A stretch of 64,000 bases of DNA, from contig OZ024760.1 in the NCBI GenBank assembly GCA_964016885.1, positions 16,492,001 through 16,556,000 of the forward strand. The letters are read 5' to 3'. Both the position numbers and the translations under genes were made by a program. Below, in pieces: positions 13,279 to 27,225 of the stretch. Every line of letters begins with the position of its first letter. The stretch's first letter is position 1. The DNA is from Eledone cirrhosa (Eukaryota). The notes below the pieces were generated by a model that saw nothing but the letters and a program-made list of their open reading frames with translations, did no database searches and was not told where the DNA came from.

Positions 13279-13697
13279 ATCTAATGACCCTGGGTCGGGG
13301 TGGAGGATGGAAGGTGAAAGAAATATAAAAAATAAACAAACAAAATAAATTAAAAAAGTACACACACACATCGTGTGTATATATTATCTACTCATCCCCT
13401 CCCTCATATCCATCTGTCTCCTCTCTCCTTCCCACTCTCCCATCTATCTCTCCACCCCCTCTCATGTTAATAATAGTGATGTAGTACATAACACTCCTCT
13501 CACCACCACCGCCACCACCACCACCACCACTACTATAGTCGCCACCGCCATCACTTATAGTTTGTCTTCAGCCAGACTTCACTCCATTTTCATGTATGTC
13601 CTATACCCCTCCCTCCCCATCTTCCACCTCGTAACCACCATCATCATCACCACATTACATATATATGTACATCTACATGCACACATATGTATACACA

Positions 13698-13735
<38 letters not shown>

Positions 13736-13781
13736 TTAAAAATATTAATAAATGTAGACATACACGTAATCAAAATATATT

Positions 13782-13843
13782 TTTTATTATATATATTTCG
13801 GAGGTACTGTGCTGTTTTTTCAGTACGTCCTCATCAGATAAAA
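13782..13843 (-). ncRNA. Type I minimal hammerhead ribozyme (H2-related)
   Basis: UUUUAU-CUGAUGA-GGACGUACUG AAAAAACAGCA CAGUACCUCC-GAAA-UAUAUA-UA-AUAAAA. 9 of 10 bp in stem II. Confidence 0.8.
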
Positions 13844-14226
13844 TATATAAATTGATGTATGATATACGACGTACTGAAAAAACAGCACAGTACCTCCGAA
13901 ATATATATAATAAAAAATATATTTTGATTACGTGTATGTCTACATTTATTAATATTTTGAATTAATATTAATAACTCCAGAAAACTTCACTGTTGAGTGC
14001 TTCTAATCTATTGTAAGACTATATTCATTGATTAATCAATGAACCTTGTTTAACTTTTGGTTATATATATATATATATATATATATATGTTATGTAATAA
14101 ACAACATAAGATTATTAATTCATGTAAATGAATTAACTATCTTATGTTGTTTATTACATAACTAAAAAGCTCTGTAACCTACATAGAGCTCTCTCTTTCC
14201 CTTTACCTTTCCTACGGAAATATTTC

Positions 14227-14257
<31 letters not shown>

Positions 14258-14408
14258 ATATATTATATATATATATATATTATATATATATATATTATAT
14301 ATATATATTATATATATATATATATTATATATATATATATTATATATATATATATTATATATATTATATTTATATATTATATATATATATATATTATATA
14401 TATATATA

Positions 14409-14503
14409 AGTTTATCCCGGGTTCAATCGGGGGTAACCACAGTAAGTAAGGTACTCAATGATTTCTCCCGAATGAAACAGTTCTAGTCCTGTAGAAGCCA
14501 TTT
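14409..14503 (+). mobile_element. Short H3-family element in (TA)n, hammerhead 5'-truncated
   Basis: Homologous to 6797-6891: inverted tail ttatcccgggttcaatcggggg then ATGAtttctcccgaatGAAAcagttctagtcctgtagaagcc. Confidence 0.7.
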
Positions 14504-15095
14504 ATATATATATATAATCTCAGTGTGTGAGTGCCTGGTAGACAGTGGGGTAGAAATAGCAAGACCTGTGAGGAAAAAGCAAGTTTGTTTTTAGATCTAT
14601 TTTTAAGATATTTGGAATGTATGAAGAATGAAGACCCTAACGTGTGTGTCTGTCTGTCTGTCTGTGTAAGCCCCAGTATGTAGAATTATCAGCGGATGTT
14701 GGGTATCTTTTTATGTTTTTTTTTTGGGGGGGGGGGGGATTATCATGTGACTGGATGACAGGCAAAAGCTCCGTATTACTGTTATTCGAATAAATAAATT
14801 TACAATACAGTAAAGTGTGTTCGATAATCGACCAACGATATGATCTCTAATATTCCGGGGCCGTAACTAGAAGGCTGCATTTCACTGACGAGCATAAAAC
14901 TATAGCGAAACGTAATTGGAGTTGTCTTTCGCGGAAATGCTCAGAAAAACCAACGGAGTTGTCTCCCCTGAGAGTTTCAAATGAGCGAAAGACTACCGCG
15001 TACGTTGCCTTCATATTGCATTGCATTTGAATGTTTGACTGTATCGATATATATGCAGTGTATAAATAAATATTTAGAACGTATATTTAATCGCT

Positions 15096-15130
<35 letters not shown>

Positions 15131-15571
15131 ATATACACTCGACCCTCCCAAAGTATAACTATATATATATATATATAATCACTTTCAAATAATTTATGTA
15201 AAAATAAGGGAAATAGTAAAAGCAATTCACACACACACACATATGTACATTCTTTCTCAAATAAATAGCTTCACACACACCCTTACACATGCTACAGTAT
15301 ACGCATACATACATATGCAGTTGTGAACACTGATTTCTAACACAGAAACGAGGCTGTAACTCTATCTGCAAAGGGGAGGGGGGAGGTAAATGTGGGGAAG
15401 GAAGCGGACGAGAACATATCTAGACTACTATTCGAAGAAAATAACAACAACAACAATAACAAATACAACTGTCACCCAGTCCCTTATAAATATTTGTATG
15501 ACTGACTAACGAAAAACTTGTCAACGTGAGTGTGTATAAAAGGTAATAGGTGTTTGAAGACACGCAAACAT

Positions 15572-15605
<34 letters not shown>

Positions 15606-15815
15606 CAATAAGGCTTGAGGATTACCGAGCAGATGTAGGTTTGTTTTATCTCCAATAAAATGGTCCGCTCTTGAGTGAAACTAGGCGGTAGCCCACATAA
15701 TATATATATATACATATATACATACAAAGTTTACGAAAGTCACCGAATTTATAAAATGTGTTTCTAATTACGCCTTGTCTGATTTTCTTAACATATTAAC
15801 TCACATACATACATA

Positions 15816-15867
<52 letters not shown>

Positions 15868-15873
<6 letters not shown>

Positions 15874-15944
15874 GTTGTCAAATATGAAATTTGTAAAAAT
15901 TTGTAGAAAAAATACAAATTTCTAGAAATTTCATACTTGATGAC

Positions 15945-15950
<6 letters not shown>
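15868..15950. mobile_element. MITE family M1
   Basis: Same TIR, within (TA)n. Confidence 0.75.
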
Positions 15951-15984
<34 letters not shown>

Positions 15985-16662
15985 GTGTATTTACGCGGTC
16001 CGCAATGCATCAATCAGAATGAAAGTGTGCGTATCAGTTGAAATATTTACCAAAGTCGGATATAAAAAAGTCGTACATAAAGAACCCCATGCTCCGCTTC
16101 TCTTATTTTCTTGTTGTTTACCATCGACGTTCAATGTAATATATATTTCATTAGGGTTTCATTAACTTCACTACCAGACACAATGTTCCGGTTATTGCAG
16201 TGTGTACACCGAGCAGATATCACACATGCATATCTACTTACACAGAGAGAGAGAGAGACACACACACACACACACACACTTAAGTTGACTGACTCAAACG
16301 TGTACGTAGACAACACACACTCACGCTTTCATACACACACAAGCACTTACGTAGAGACATACACACACAAGCACTTACACGTAGACACATCCACGCACGT
16401 ACGCAACATACACACTTATGTAGACATACACACACACACACATACGCACACAAACACACACTCACACATATATATAATTATATATGGGTATAAAGATTGT
16501 GTTTGGACGTTGTGTAATTATGTTTATCCAGTTTAAAACAAACACCTGTTTGCTCAATACCGTCTCTCTCTGGAGAAGTTTTTGTAGAGCTTTGAAAATA
16601 TGTCTAGAAGCTTGTTGTTGATGTTGTTGTTACCTTCGAAGTCTTGCCCAATTACTGTGAAA

Positions 16663-16709
16663 GTTTGCTGATGATCGCACCAACGACATGAAACCAGGGG
16701 GTAACAGAT
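16663..16709 (+). ncRNA. Possible decayed hammerhead motif
   Basis: GUUUG-CUGAUGA-UCG CACCAA CGA cau-GAAA-CC AGGG GG-UA-a-CAGAU. Register imperfect in stems I and II. Confidence 0.35.
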
Positions 16710-16749
16710 GGGTGTAATAACAAATACAAACGCACAAGCATACATACGT

Positions 16750-16791
<42 letters not shown>

Positions 16792-17089
16792 GCACACAGA
16801 TATATATTATATATAATTACATAATGAAATAGCTCTGTAGTATACATAGAGCACTCTCCTTTCCTTTACCCTTTCTACGGAAATACTTCACATATATTAT
16901 ATATATATATATTTATATATAAATACAGACACACACATATACATATATAGTGCGGCCACCGACGATTTTATTTTGCTTATTTCTCAAGATATTGGGGATA
17001 AGATCTAGGTGAAACACTTGTGTCTCTAGAAGTAGCCCTAAGTTTTTCAGTGAGACCTTTTCATAGCTATAGGAGCAGTGTTGTAGTTG

Positions 17090-17130
<41 letters not shown>

Positions 17131-17149
17131 GCAATAGTAATAGTAATAA

Positions 17150-17428
17150 TAATAATAATTGTTTCTACTTTAGGCACAAGGCCAGCAATTACCCAGTGCA
17201 TTACTGGTACTTTATTTTATCGACCCCGTAAGAATAATACTATTTCCTAGTATAAGCACAAGTCCAGCAATTTGAAGGGAAGGGGAAAGTCGATTAAAAT
17301 CGGTCCCAGTGCATTACTGGTGCTTTATTTTATCGACCCCGTAAGGATGAAAGGCGGGATTAGAACTCATAACGTAAAGGGCCGTAACTCCATTTTGCAA
17401 AGCATGGCGTTCGACCTTCTACCGATGC
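17150..17428 (-). mobile_element. SINE family A, tandem partial plus near-full copy
   Basis: Repeated cacaaggccagcaatt...actggtactttattttatcgaccccgtaag. Confidence 0.8.
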
Positions 17429-17533
17429 AGCAGCAGCAGCAATAACTTAACAACAATGGTAATAACAATAAGCTATTATTAACGATTTCTTATCTGGACA
17501 CAATATCTAATGTTTTTTTAATACAATACAATA

Positions 17534-17625
<92 letters not shown>

Positions 17626-17628
<3 letters not shown>

Positions 17629-17700
17629 TGGGACGTCAACTAATGAAATTTGTAGAAAACAAAACAAATTTCTACAAATTTCATACCTGACGACCCAATA
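17626..17700. mobile_element. MITE family M1
   Basis: Same TIR, diverged left arm. Confidence 0.75.
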
Positions 17701-18512
17701 CATACAGACACTCACGCACGCATAAACACACATATACAAATAGACATTCACACGCACACACACACACATACATATATTATTATGTGTGACACTCTTGCTT
17801 TTGTTATTGAGATATTAGCGACACCAGTAAAGTAAAGTATTAACAATTGGGAATCAATGTCGAATCGGCTGCTTCATTCAGCACACCGCCGCCATTCATT
17901 GGCCGTCTCGTCTCGACTCCTCTCGCTCTCGTCTTCGTCTCGTTTCGTTCTCCTGGCCCTAGGGGCCCCCTCACCCCCTACTCACCACCATCGGCAATGA
18001 GTTGGCTACCCGCAGGTATACAACAGCCGGGTGGGTAGTGAGCTACGAGGACCGCCACTCACTGACGTCTATCTACTAGGGGTATATATATATGACAGGC
18101 GGGTGGATGTGCCAAGAGGTCCACGTAAGGATGAAAGGCAAAGCTAACCATGGCGGGATTTGAACTCAAACCGTAAAGGGGCGTAACTCTATGCTGCAAA
18201 GCATGGCGTCCGACAATTAATAAATAATATTGGTTTCTGTTCAGTTTATCACAAGGCCAATTATCTGCAAGAGTCTCAATGGACCCCAGTATATTACAGG
18301 TTTTACAAGTATGGTATTTTATAGTACTTGGAAGAAAAGATTTTTTTTAAATGCAATAGAAAGGAAAAAAAAGGTCGGCCTTCGGTGGGATTTGAACTCA
18401 GGAACTTACATGAATAAAAAGCTAAGCACTGTACTGTAAATCACCATGTCACGATCATCTTTCACCGCCTTTTGTAGACAATATTGTTTAGAGAAAAACA
18501 TGAGATATAAGG

Positions 18513-18547
<35 letters not shown>

Positions 18548-18549
<2 letters not shown>

Positions 18550-18590
18550 GTGGGTCGTCAAGTATGAAATTTGTAGAGATTTGTAGGAAA

Positions 18591-18621
<31 letters not shown>

Positions 18622-18646
18622 TTTCTACAAATTTTATACTTGACGA

Positions 18647-18650
<4 letters not shown>
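18548..18650. mobile_element. MITE family M1 with expanded poly-A spacer
   Basis: Same TIR, within (TA)n. Confidence 0.75.
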
Positions 18651-18696
<46 letters not shown>

Positions 18697-18760
18697 CACT
18701 CAAAATTAGGATAAATTTACAATATTTTCATCAGTCGAATATGCGCTTCCATTTCAAAAA

Positions 18761-18816
18761 TGTCGGACTGACGAGCTGCGGAAATAATTTCCCCAGCGAA
18801 ACGTGCGTACTCAACA
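18761..18816 (+). ncRNA. Hammerhead ribozyme motif (family H4)
   Basis: CUGACGA-GCUGcGGAAAU a AUUUCCcCAGC-GAAA-CGUGCG-UA. Strong stem II, near-palindromic loop 3, degenerate stem I (ugucgga/cucaaca). Confidence 0.65.
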
Positions 18817-19364
18817 GGCGAAAATGTGAATTTTAACTTAATTTTGTATATTACATACAATTCGTCCTTTGGACTGAGTGCTCTGCCAACTTTGGATACA
18901 AACTTTTTCATATGAAATTCACTACAGTATATATATATATATGTGTGCGTCTGTATATATATATATATAAATATGTGTGTGTGCGTGTGTGTATATATAT
19001 AGATAAATATGTGTGTGTGCGTGTATATATATATATATTTATATATATATCATATATAAACTGAATCAATACCAGTACATGACTGGTACTTTTTTTTTAT
19101 TCAACCTTACCTCCTTCCTCGGAGAAATGAAAAAAAAAAAAAGTAACAGCAACAGCAATAAAAAAAAAAAACCCAACATTTGGCCCCAGCCGGATTTGAA
19201 CTCAGAATGCAGAGGGACGAAACTAAATTAGATAAGTGGTGTTTAAGGCATTAAATCCGAGGCACCGTGCCGTTTCTTAGGCAACAATGATGCAAGGCCT
19301 CTGAGTTGTATGTGGATGCGTGAAGTTGTGTATTCTCTGACTTTCCATGCTTTTTGACTGAGTA

Positions 19365-20116
19365 TAACTGTTTCTACTTTAGGCACGAGGCCAGCAATTT
19401 GATAGGGAAGAAAGGGGAGGGAAGTCGGTTAAATCGACCCGAGTATTTTACTGGTACTTTATTTTATTTAGCCTGGAAGGATGAAAGGCAAAGTTTAATA
19501 ATAGTAATAGCATTTATAATAATTGTTTCTACTTTTGGCACAAGGCCAGCAATTACCCCAGTGTATTACTGGTACTTTATTTTATCGACCCCGTAAGGAT
19601 GAAAGGCAAAGTTAACCTCGGCGGGATTTGAACTTAGAATGACAAGGGCCGTAACTCTATGCGTCAAAGCATGGCGTCCGACCCTCTACCGATACTGCCT
19701 ATCCACCGCCTATAGTATTTATAATAGTGATAATAATAATTGTTTCTACTTTAGGCACAAGGCCAGCAATTTGAAGGGAAAGGGGCTAGTCGGTTAAATC
19801 GACCCCAGTATTTTACTGGTACTTTATTTTATCTACTCTGGAAGGATGAAAGGCAAAGTTGAATAATCGTAATAATATTTATAATAACAATAATTATTAA
19901 TAATAACGATAATGATAATAATAACGATAATTGTTTCTACTTTAGGCACAAGGCCAGCAATTACCCAGTGCATTACTGGTACTTTATTTTATCGACCCCG
20001 TAAGGATGAAAGGCAAAGTCAACCTCGGCGGGATTTGAACTCAGATCGTAAAGGGACGTAACTATGCTGGAAAGCATGGCGTCCGACCCTCTACCGATTT
20101 TGCCAATACACCGCCT
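19365..20116 (-). mobile_element. Cluster of four SINE family A copies (partial/full/partial/full)
   Basis: Two similar units of about 370-400 bp, each a truncated copy plus a full copy with tRNA head. Confidence 0.85.
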
Positions 20117-20287
20117 TACTAATAATAACGATAATGATAATATTAACAGTAACATGTACCAACTATATATACATTGCGTTGAATGAAGGGTATTTGGAAT
20201 AGGGTGGGGGTGGTGACAAGCTTAGTCTTTGATTACTGATATGTTGTGAGCAATATATATATGTTAAATATATATATGCTATGTATG

Positions 20288-20328
<41 letters not shown>

Positions 20329-21212
20329 AAAAAAAAAAAATATATATATATATATGTTAAATATATATATGTTATATATATATATATATTTAACATATAT
20401 ATATATATGTTATATATATATATATATTTAACATATATATATATATATGTTATATATATATATATATGTTATATATATATATGTTAAATATATATATATA
20501 TATATGTTATATATATATATATGTTATATATATATATATATGGTAAATATATATATGTTGTATATATATAAATATATATGTTAAATATATATATATATAT
20601 GTTAAATATATATATATATATGTTATATATATATATATATGTTATATATATATATATATGGTAAATATATATATGTTGTATATATATAAATATATATATA
20701 TATATGTTAAATATATATATATATATGTTATATATATATATATATGTTATATATATATATATATATATATATATGTTAAATATATATATATATATATGTT
20801 AAATATATATATATATGTTAAATATATATATATATGTTAAATATATATATATATATGTTAAATATATATATATATATGTTAAATATATATATATATATGT
20901 TAAATATATATATATATATGTTATATATATATATATATATGTTAAATATATATATATATATGTTATATATATATATATATATATGTTATATATATATATA
21001 TATATGTTAAATATATATATATATATATATGTTAAATATATATATATATATATATGTTATATATATATATATATATATGTTATATATATATATATATATG
21101 TTATATATATATATATGTTATATATATATATATGTTATATATATATATATATGTTATATATATATATATATATATGTTAAATATATCTATATATATGTTA
21201 AATATATATATA

Positions 21213-21244
<32 letters not shown>

Positions 21245-21653
21245 GTTAAATATATATATATATATGCTATGTATGCTATATATATATATGTATATATATA
21301 TGTATATATATATAGTATGTATATATATTATGTATATGTATGTTGTATATATGTTATATATATATGTTATGTATAAATATATATATGTTATATATATATA
21401 TATGTTATAAATATATATATGTTATATATATATATATGTTATATATACATACATAACATAGAAGATAAATATGTAGCTGTGCCACGGAACAAGTGAGATA
21501 CTTACTGACATTTGTGATAAGTTATCCATTAAGGCATACCAAGCCTTATTGACTTGAAGTGAGATGTGGTGATGTACATGCCTTTCCTTGGATATTAATG
21601 CAGCGTAAATGTGTTACGGATAAAACCGGGGAAAGAATATATATATATATATG

Positions 21654-21690
<37 letters not shown>

Positions 21691-21754
21691 TTATTTATAT
21701 ATACACTAATAATATATGTATATATATACACTGTGCATATATATATCATCAGTT

Positions 21755-21811
<57 letters not shown>

Positions 21812-22130
21812 TTATATATACACTAATAATATATGTATATATACACTGTGCATATATATATCATCAGTTTATATATATATATATATATTCCTAGGTGTGC
21901 ATTAATATATTTATATGTGTATTTATATCTATATATACATATATATTGTATATAACCATACACATATATATATATTCATATAAATATGTATAAATATAAA
22001 TATAGGTAGAAACATGTATAAATATGTGGGTGTCCATTTATTCATAAATATATAAATATAAATATGTTTAATAGAGTGTATATATATATATATATACTAG
22101 TGTATATATTTATAAATGTGCGAATATACG

Positions 22131-22161
<31 letters not shown>

Positions 22162-22588
22162 GAAGTGAAACTATATATATATATGCATATATATATATAT
22201 ATATAATGTATATATATATATATGTATGTATAATGTATATATATATATATATAATGTATATATATATATAATGTATATATATATAATGTATATATATATA
22301 TAATGTATATATATATATAATGTATATATATATAATGTATATATATATAATGTATATATATATAATGTATATATATATATATAATGTATATATATATATA
22401 TAATGTATATATATATAGAATGTATATATATATGTATAATGTATATATATATGTATAATGTATATATATATGTATAATGTATATATATATATAGAATGTA
22501 TATATATATATAGAATGTATATATATATATAGAATGTATATATATATATAGAATGTATATATATATAGAATGTATACATATATATAGA

Positions 22589-22680
<92 letters not shown>

Positions 22681-22948
22681 ATCTAAATATATATATATAT
22701 AATGTATATATATATATATTGTAAATATATATATATATTGTAAATATATATATATATAATGTATATATATATATATATAATGTAAATATATATATATATA
22801 TAATGTATATATATAATGTAAATATATATATACATATATATAATATGTGTGTATAGGTCCACCTCCTGTATAGTATCGTGTTTGTGTATGCCTGTAAAAT
22901 TCGTTTGTGTGAGAATTGTATTTTTTTTTTCAAGTCTATTTACAATGC

Positions 22949-23004
<56 letters not shown>

Positions 23005-23299
23005 CACACACACACACGAAAAAGAGTGAACGCTCTGTATTTTCAATGTGATAGCCACTCAGTGGTGGGACTGATGGTGGGGTTGTGGCGTTCACAGTGC
23101 CATTGAAATACCAGGGTTTGGGGTTTTCTCCCCACATCATTCAATCTCCAGCTCCTCTTTTCTGTTTTACTATGCTCCCCCTTACAACCACGAACATTTT
23201 TTTATACTCAAGAACGTTAAACCTACCAACACCAACATCGCACCAACATTTCCACAGCTTTACTATCACCACTTCTACTACTATCACCACCATGATGTA

Positions 23300-23842
23300 G
23301 GTCTAAAGTCTAAGTGTAAAGAAAGTTTTCCCCCTGGATAGAACGCCAGTCCATTGCAGGGTTAAAATCTGTCTCAAGCCAGAAGGTTCGCTAGGGCAGT
23401 GCTTACCCAGGCTTCGAGGCGTGAAGCGACTGAGAGTAGACGACTTCATCCTGGACATGACGCTAGTCCATTGCAGGGTTAAAGGCTGTCCCACGCTCAG
23501 ATGATCATCAGGCCGGTTTTTACCCAGGCTTCGTAGCATGAAGCAACTGAGAGTAGACGACTTCACCCTGGACATGACGCTAGTCTGTCCTACGCTCAGA
23601 AGATCATCAGGCCGGTGCTTATCCCGGTTTCGTGGCGTGGAGCGACTGAGAGTACAAGACACCTCCCTCTACAGGGTTAACACTCCAGCTATTAGTGGTA
23701 CTCATTTTCAGCTGAGTATACTGGTGCAACGTGAAATAAAATGTTTTGCTCAAAAACACACCACGCAACCCAGCCCAGGAATCGAACCCATGTCATTCTG
23801 ATCGTAAGTCCAACACCGTTACCAGTAGGCCTCCAGCCTCAA
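23300..23842 (-). mobile_element. SINE (B-like head) with tandemly amplified tail
   Basis: Head at 23700-23842, three repeats of a roughly 110-bp tail unit, terminus ttagactttagac. Confidence 0.7.
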
Positions 23843-24278
23843 GATACCTTAAACGCTAGACAAAAACGACAGCGTGCGTCTGTGTGTGTGTGTGTGTGTG
23901 TGTTTGTGTGTATATATATATATATATATATGACTGATACGTCTTTGATTTTAAGTTTACTTGAATCGTTTTTACCTGGGACTAAACTCCACCAACACTA
24001 CCGCCAATACACACACATATATATAAATGTGTGTGTCTGTGTGTGTATTTGTAAACATATGATGCGCTCATTGTATTGGAGTCGAATCACATCGTTACTT
24101 AATAAATAGTTTGAATTGTGGAATTAAGTAAGAATGGTTTTGAACCGGGCTGACAGCGAAACACGTTATGTGACTAAAACTGTATTAAACTCTATTTCAC
24201 TCTCCAGTTCTTGGTACATCGATACTGCCACCTCTGTTGGTGCTATTATGCATAGTACGGCTAATATCACACATCCAC

Positions 24279-24353
<75 letters not shown>

Positions 24354-24511
24354 TGTATTTGTGTGTAATGTTTAGTTTGAGCACTCAGTACTAATGTGTA
24401 GGTGTCCGGCTACCGATGTAGGATTCTACGTTAGGTACTTCACCATTATCGGTATCCTTAAGAGGCAATTGATATTATATATATATATATATATATATAT
24501 AATTCTATTTT

Positions 24512-24535
24512 CTGACGAAGGACTAGTGTCCGAAA
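24512..24535 (+). ncRNA. Partial hammerhead-like core next to (TA)n
   Basis: CTGACGA-A-GGAC TAGT GTCC-GAAA. Stems I and III not recoverable. Confidence 0.4.
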
Positions 24536-24835
24536 TTTTAAGACTCTTTTCTTACTATATCAAGCGTAAAACTAATATATTTCTTCATTGTACTGTGTCG
24601 TTTGCCTTGTAATTTCTGTTTTCCTTTTACACACACACATATGTATGTATATATATATATATATATATATATACGGTAGTGGTGGTGGTAGTAGTAGTTT
24701 TAGTGGTAGTAGTAACAATAACAGATGTAGTAGTAATATTAATATTAACAGCAGTAGCACTACTCACAATAGTAGTAGTAGTAGTAGTAGTAATGGTGGT
24801 AGTAGTAGCAGTAGTAGTAGTAGTAGCATTAATAA

Positions 24836-24867
<32 letters not shown>

Positions 24868-25668
24868 ATAATAGTAATAGTTAGTTGTAGTTAGTTGTGT
24901 TGGCAATGTCCAGCTGCAACCGGTAGAGTAGTGGTGGTGGTGGTGGTGGTGTTGGTGTGACGTGAGGATTGATGGGGGTTGTGGTGTAGTGTGTGAGTGG
25001 GACGAGGAGGGAGGGGGCGAATAACGTAAAAAGGAGAAAGAGAAGTAGAACGTTTTATATCTCTTTTGACTTCTTCTCTTCCCCCTCCCTCATATATTTC
25101 TCCCTCCCTGCCCCCCACCCAGAAATAAAGCAGCAACAAAATACAAATCACCAAACACCAACCCAAGGTCCCACTAGAGCCCAGCCCAGCCCAGTCCAGC
25201 CCAGCCCAGCCCAGTCCAGCCCATCCCAGCCCAGCCCAGTCCAGTCCAGCCCATCCCAGCCCAGCCCAGTCCAGTCCAGCCCAGCCCAGCCCAGTCCAGC
25301 CCAGCCCAGTCCAGCTCTATCCACGTGGTCACGCTAACCACACCAGCCCGTCATACCAGCCAACCAACCTTACCTAGGAATTTGTCTTTTGGAATAGAAG
25401 AAAAAAAAAATACAAGATAAACATGAAAAATGAAAGCAAAAAAAAAACAAAAAAAAAAAATAACAACACACATATAGCACGGAGGAGTAGGGTGAGGTAG
25501 AATTACGGACGAAGTGTGTGTGTGTGTGTGTGTGGTTGCGTGTGTGTGTGGTTGTGTGTGTGTGTGGTTGCGTGTGTGTGTGTGTGTGGTTGCGTGTGTG
25601 TTAACGCATGGCAATGTATAAATATGTAAGCATGCCCGTGTTTATAAATATATATTTAATATAGAAAA

Positions 25669-25717
25669 GCTTCTACAGGACTAGAACTGTTTCATTCGGG
25701 AGAAATCATCAGGAAGC
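25669..25717 (-). ncRNA. Type I hammerhead ribozyme with paired stem III (family H3)
   Basis: GCUUC-CUGAUGA-UUUC UCCC GAAU-GAAA-CAG UUCUAGUC CUG-UA-GAAGC. Stem I 5 bp, stem III ACAG/CUGU, predicted GUA site. Stem II is weak (opens with U-U). Confidence 0.7.
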
Positions 25718-25904
25718 GCTGATGATTTCTCTCGAATGAAACAGTTCTAGTCCTGTAGAAGCCTTTCTATATTAAATATTTATACTCTGCTTTGTATTGA
25801 ATACCTTGGTTACTGTGGCTGCCCCCGGTTGAACCCGGGATAAACTTATATACGTTAGTTTTGTATATATATATATATATGTATGTTTGTTTGTGTGTGT
25901 GTAT

Positions 25905-25961
<57 letters not shown>

Positions 25962-26091
25962 GTGTGTATGGCCTGGGCCAATACTGGCCGAAACCTATCA
26001 AAGTTATATAGGTTTGTATGTATGTATATATACATGTGTGTGTGGTGTGTGTGTGTGTGTGTGTGTGTGTGCATATATATATATGTGTGTG

Positions 26092-26122
<31 letters not shown>

Positions 26123-27225
26123 CATATATATATATATGTGTGTGTGTATGTATGTGTGAGATATGCTGCATTATAAGTTTTTTGTTCTTTTTTGCAGATC
26201 AACAGATCAACAAAGGGAGGAAAGGGATGAGGAGATGTGTGTGAGGAAGAAGTTTATAAATAAGTGAAAGTGGGAGGAAAGAAGGAGGGGGGTGTGTGGT
26301 TGGTTGGCTGGTTGGTTGGTTGGTTGGTGGGTTGTTTGATTGGTTAGTTGGTTGATTGGCTGGTGGGTGGGTTGGTTAATTGGTTGATTGGCTGGTGGGT
26401 TGGTTAATTGGTTGATTGGCTGATTGGTTGGTGGGTTGTTTAATTGGTTGGTTGGTGGGTTTGGATGAGTTCAGTTTGTTTCGGTTCGGTTCGGTTTGGT
26501 TTCAGTTACTATTCGCTATTAGTCACAATATGGCGTGGCGTGGTGTGGTGTGACACAGTGTGGTGTGACACAGTGTGGTAGGTACAAACACGACACATCG
26601 TGACACAGTGTGACACGGGGGTTAGAGTTATGTTTGTTGGGTTTTCTTTGGTTATTTTTTTTGGGGGGGAGGGGGGGGTTGTATTTAATCACACCACCAC
26701 CACCACCACCATCATCACCACCGTCTCTACCATCACTACCTTCACCATCACCACCGCCTCACCCTCGCCGCCGCCGCTATCAACACCATCTACACCACCA
26801 CCACCACCACCGCAACCACAACAACTACCAACACCACCACCACCATCATCATCACCATAATCCCCATCATTTCTCCTCCTCATCCTCCTCCTCAACTTCG
26901 GTATTCTATCCTCGCTGGCGGCGGCGGCGGCGGTGGTGGCTGTGGTGGGGGTAGTGGTGGTGATGAAGATATTGGAGAGAAAAGAGGTTTTTTGTTTGTT
27001 TGTTTGTTTAATTATAAGTATCTTTTAAAAAATATTTTTTTTAAAATATTTCTTTTTCTTTTTTTTTTTCTTTTTTTACAAAGGTTATCTGCTCTTAGTT
27101 AGCTGAAACAAAGTTAGATGGAGTGTGGTGGTGGTGGTGGTGGGGTGAGAGAAAGAGAAAGGGAGGAGAAGGAGGAGGAGGAGAGTGTATGTGTGTGTAC
27201 CATAAATAATTCACTTCTTGGGCAA

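Noticed and set aside
14878-14922. CTGACGA-GCATAAAACTATAGC-GAAACGTA hammerhead-like motif
   Set aside because: Core present but stem I is out of register and stem II bulged; too weak to call, possibly a decayed copy.
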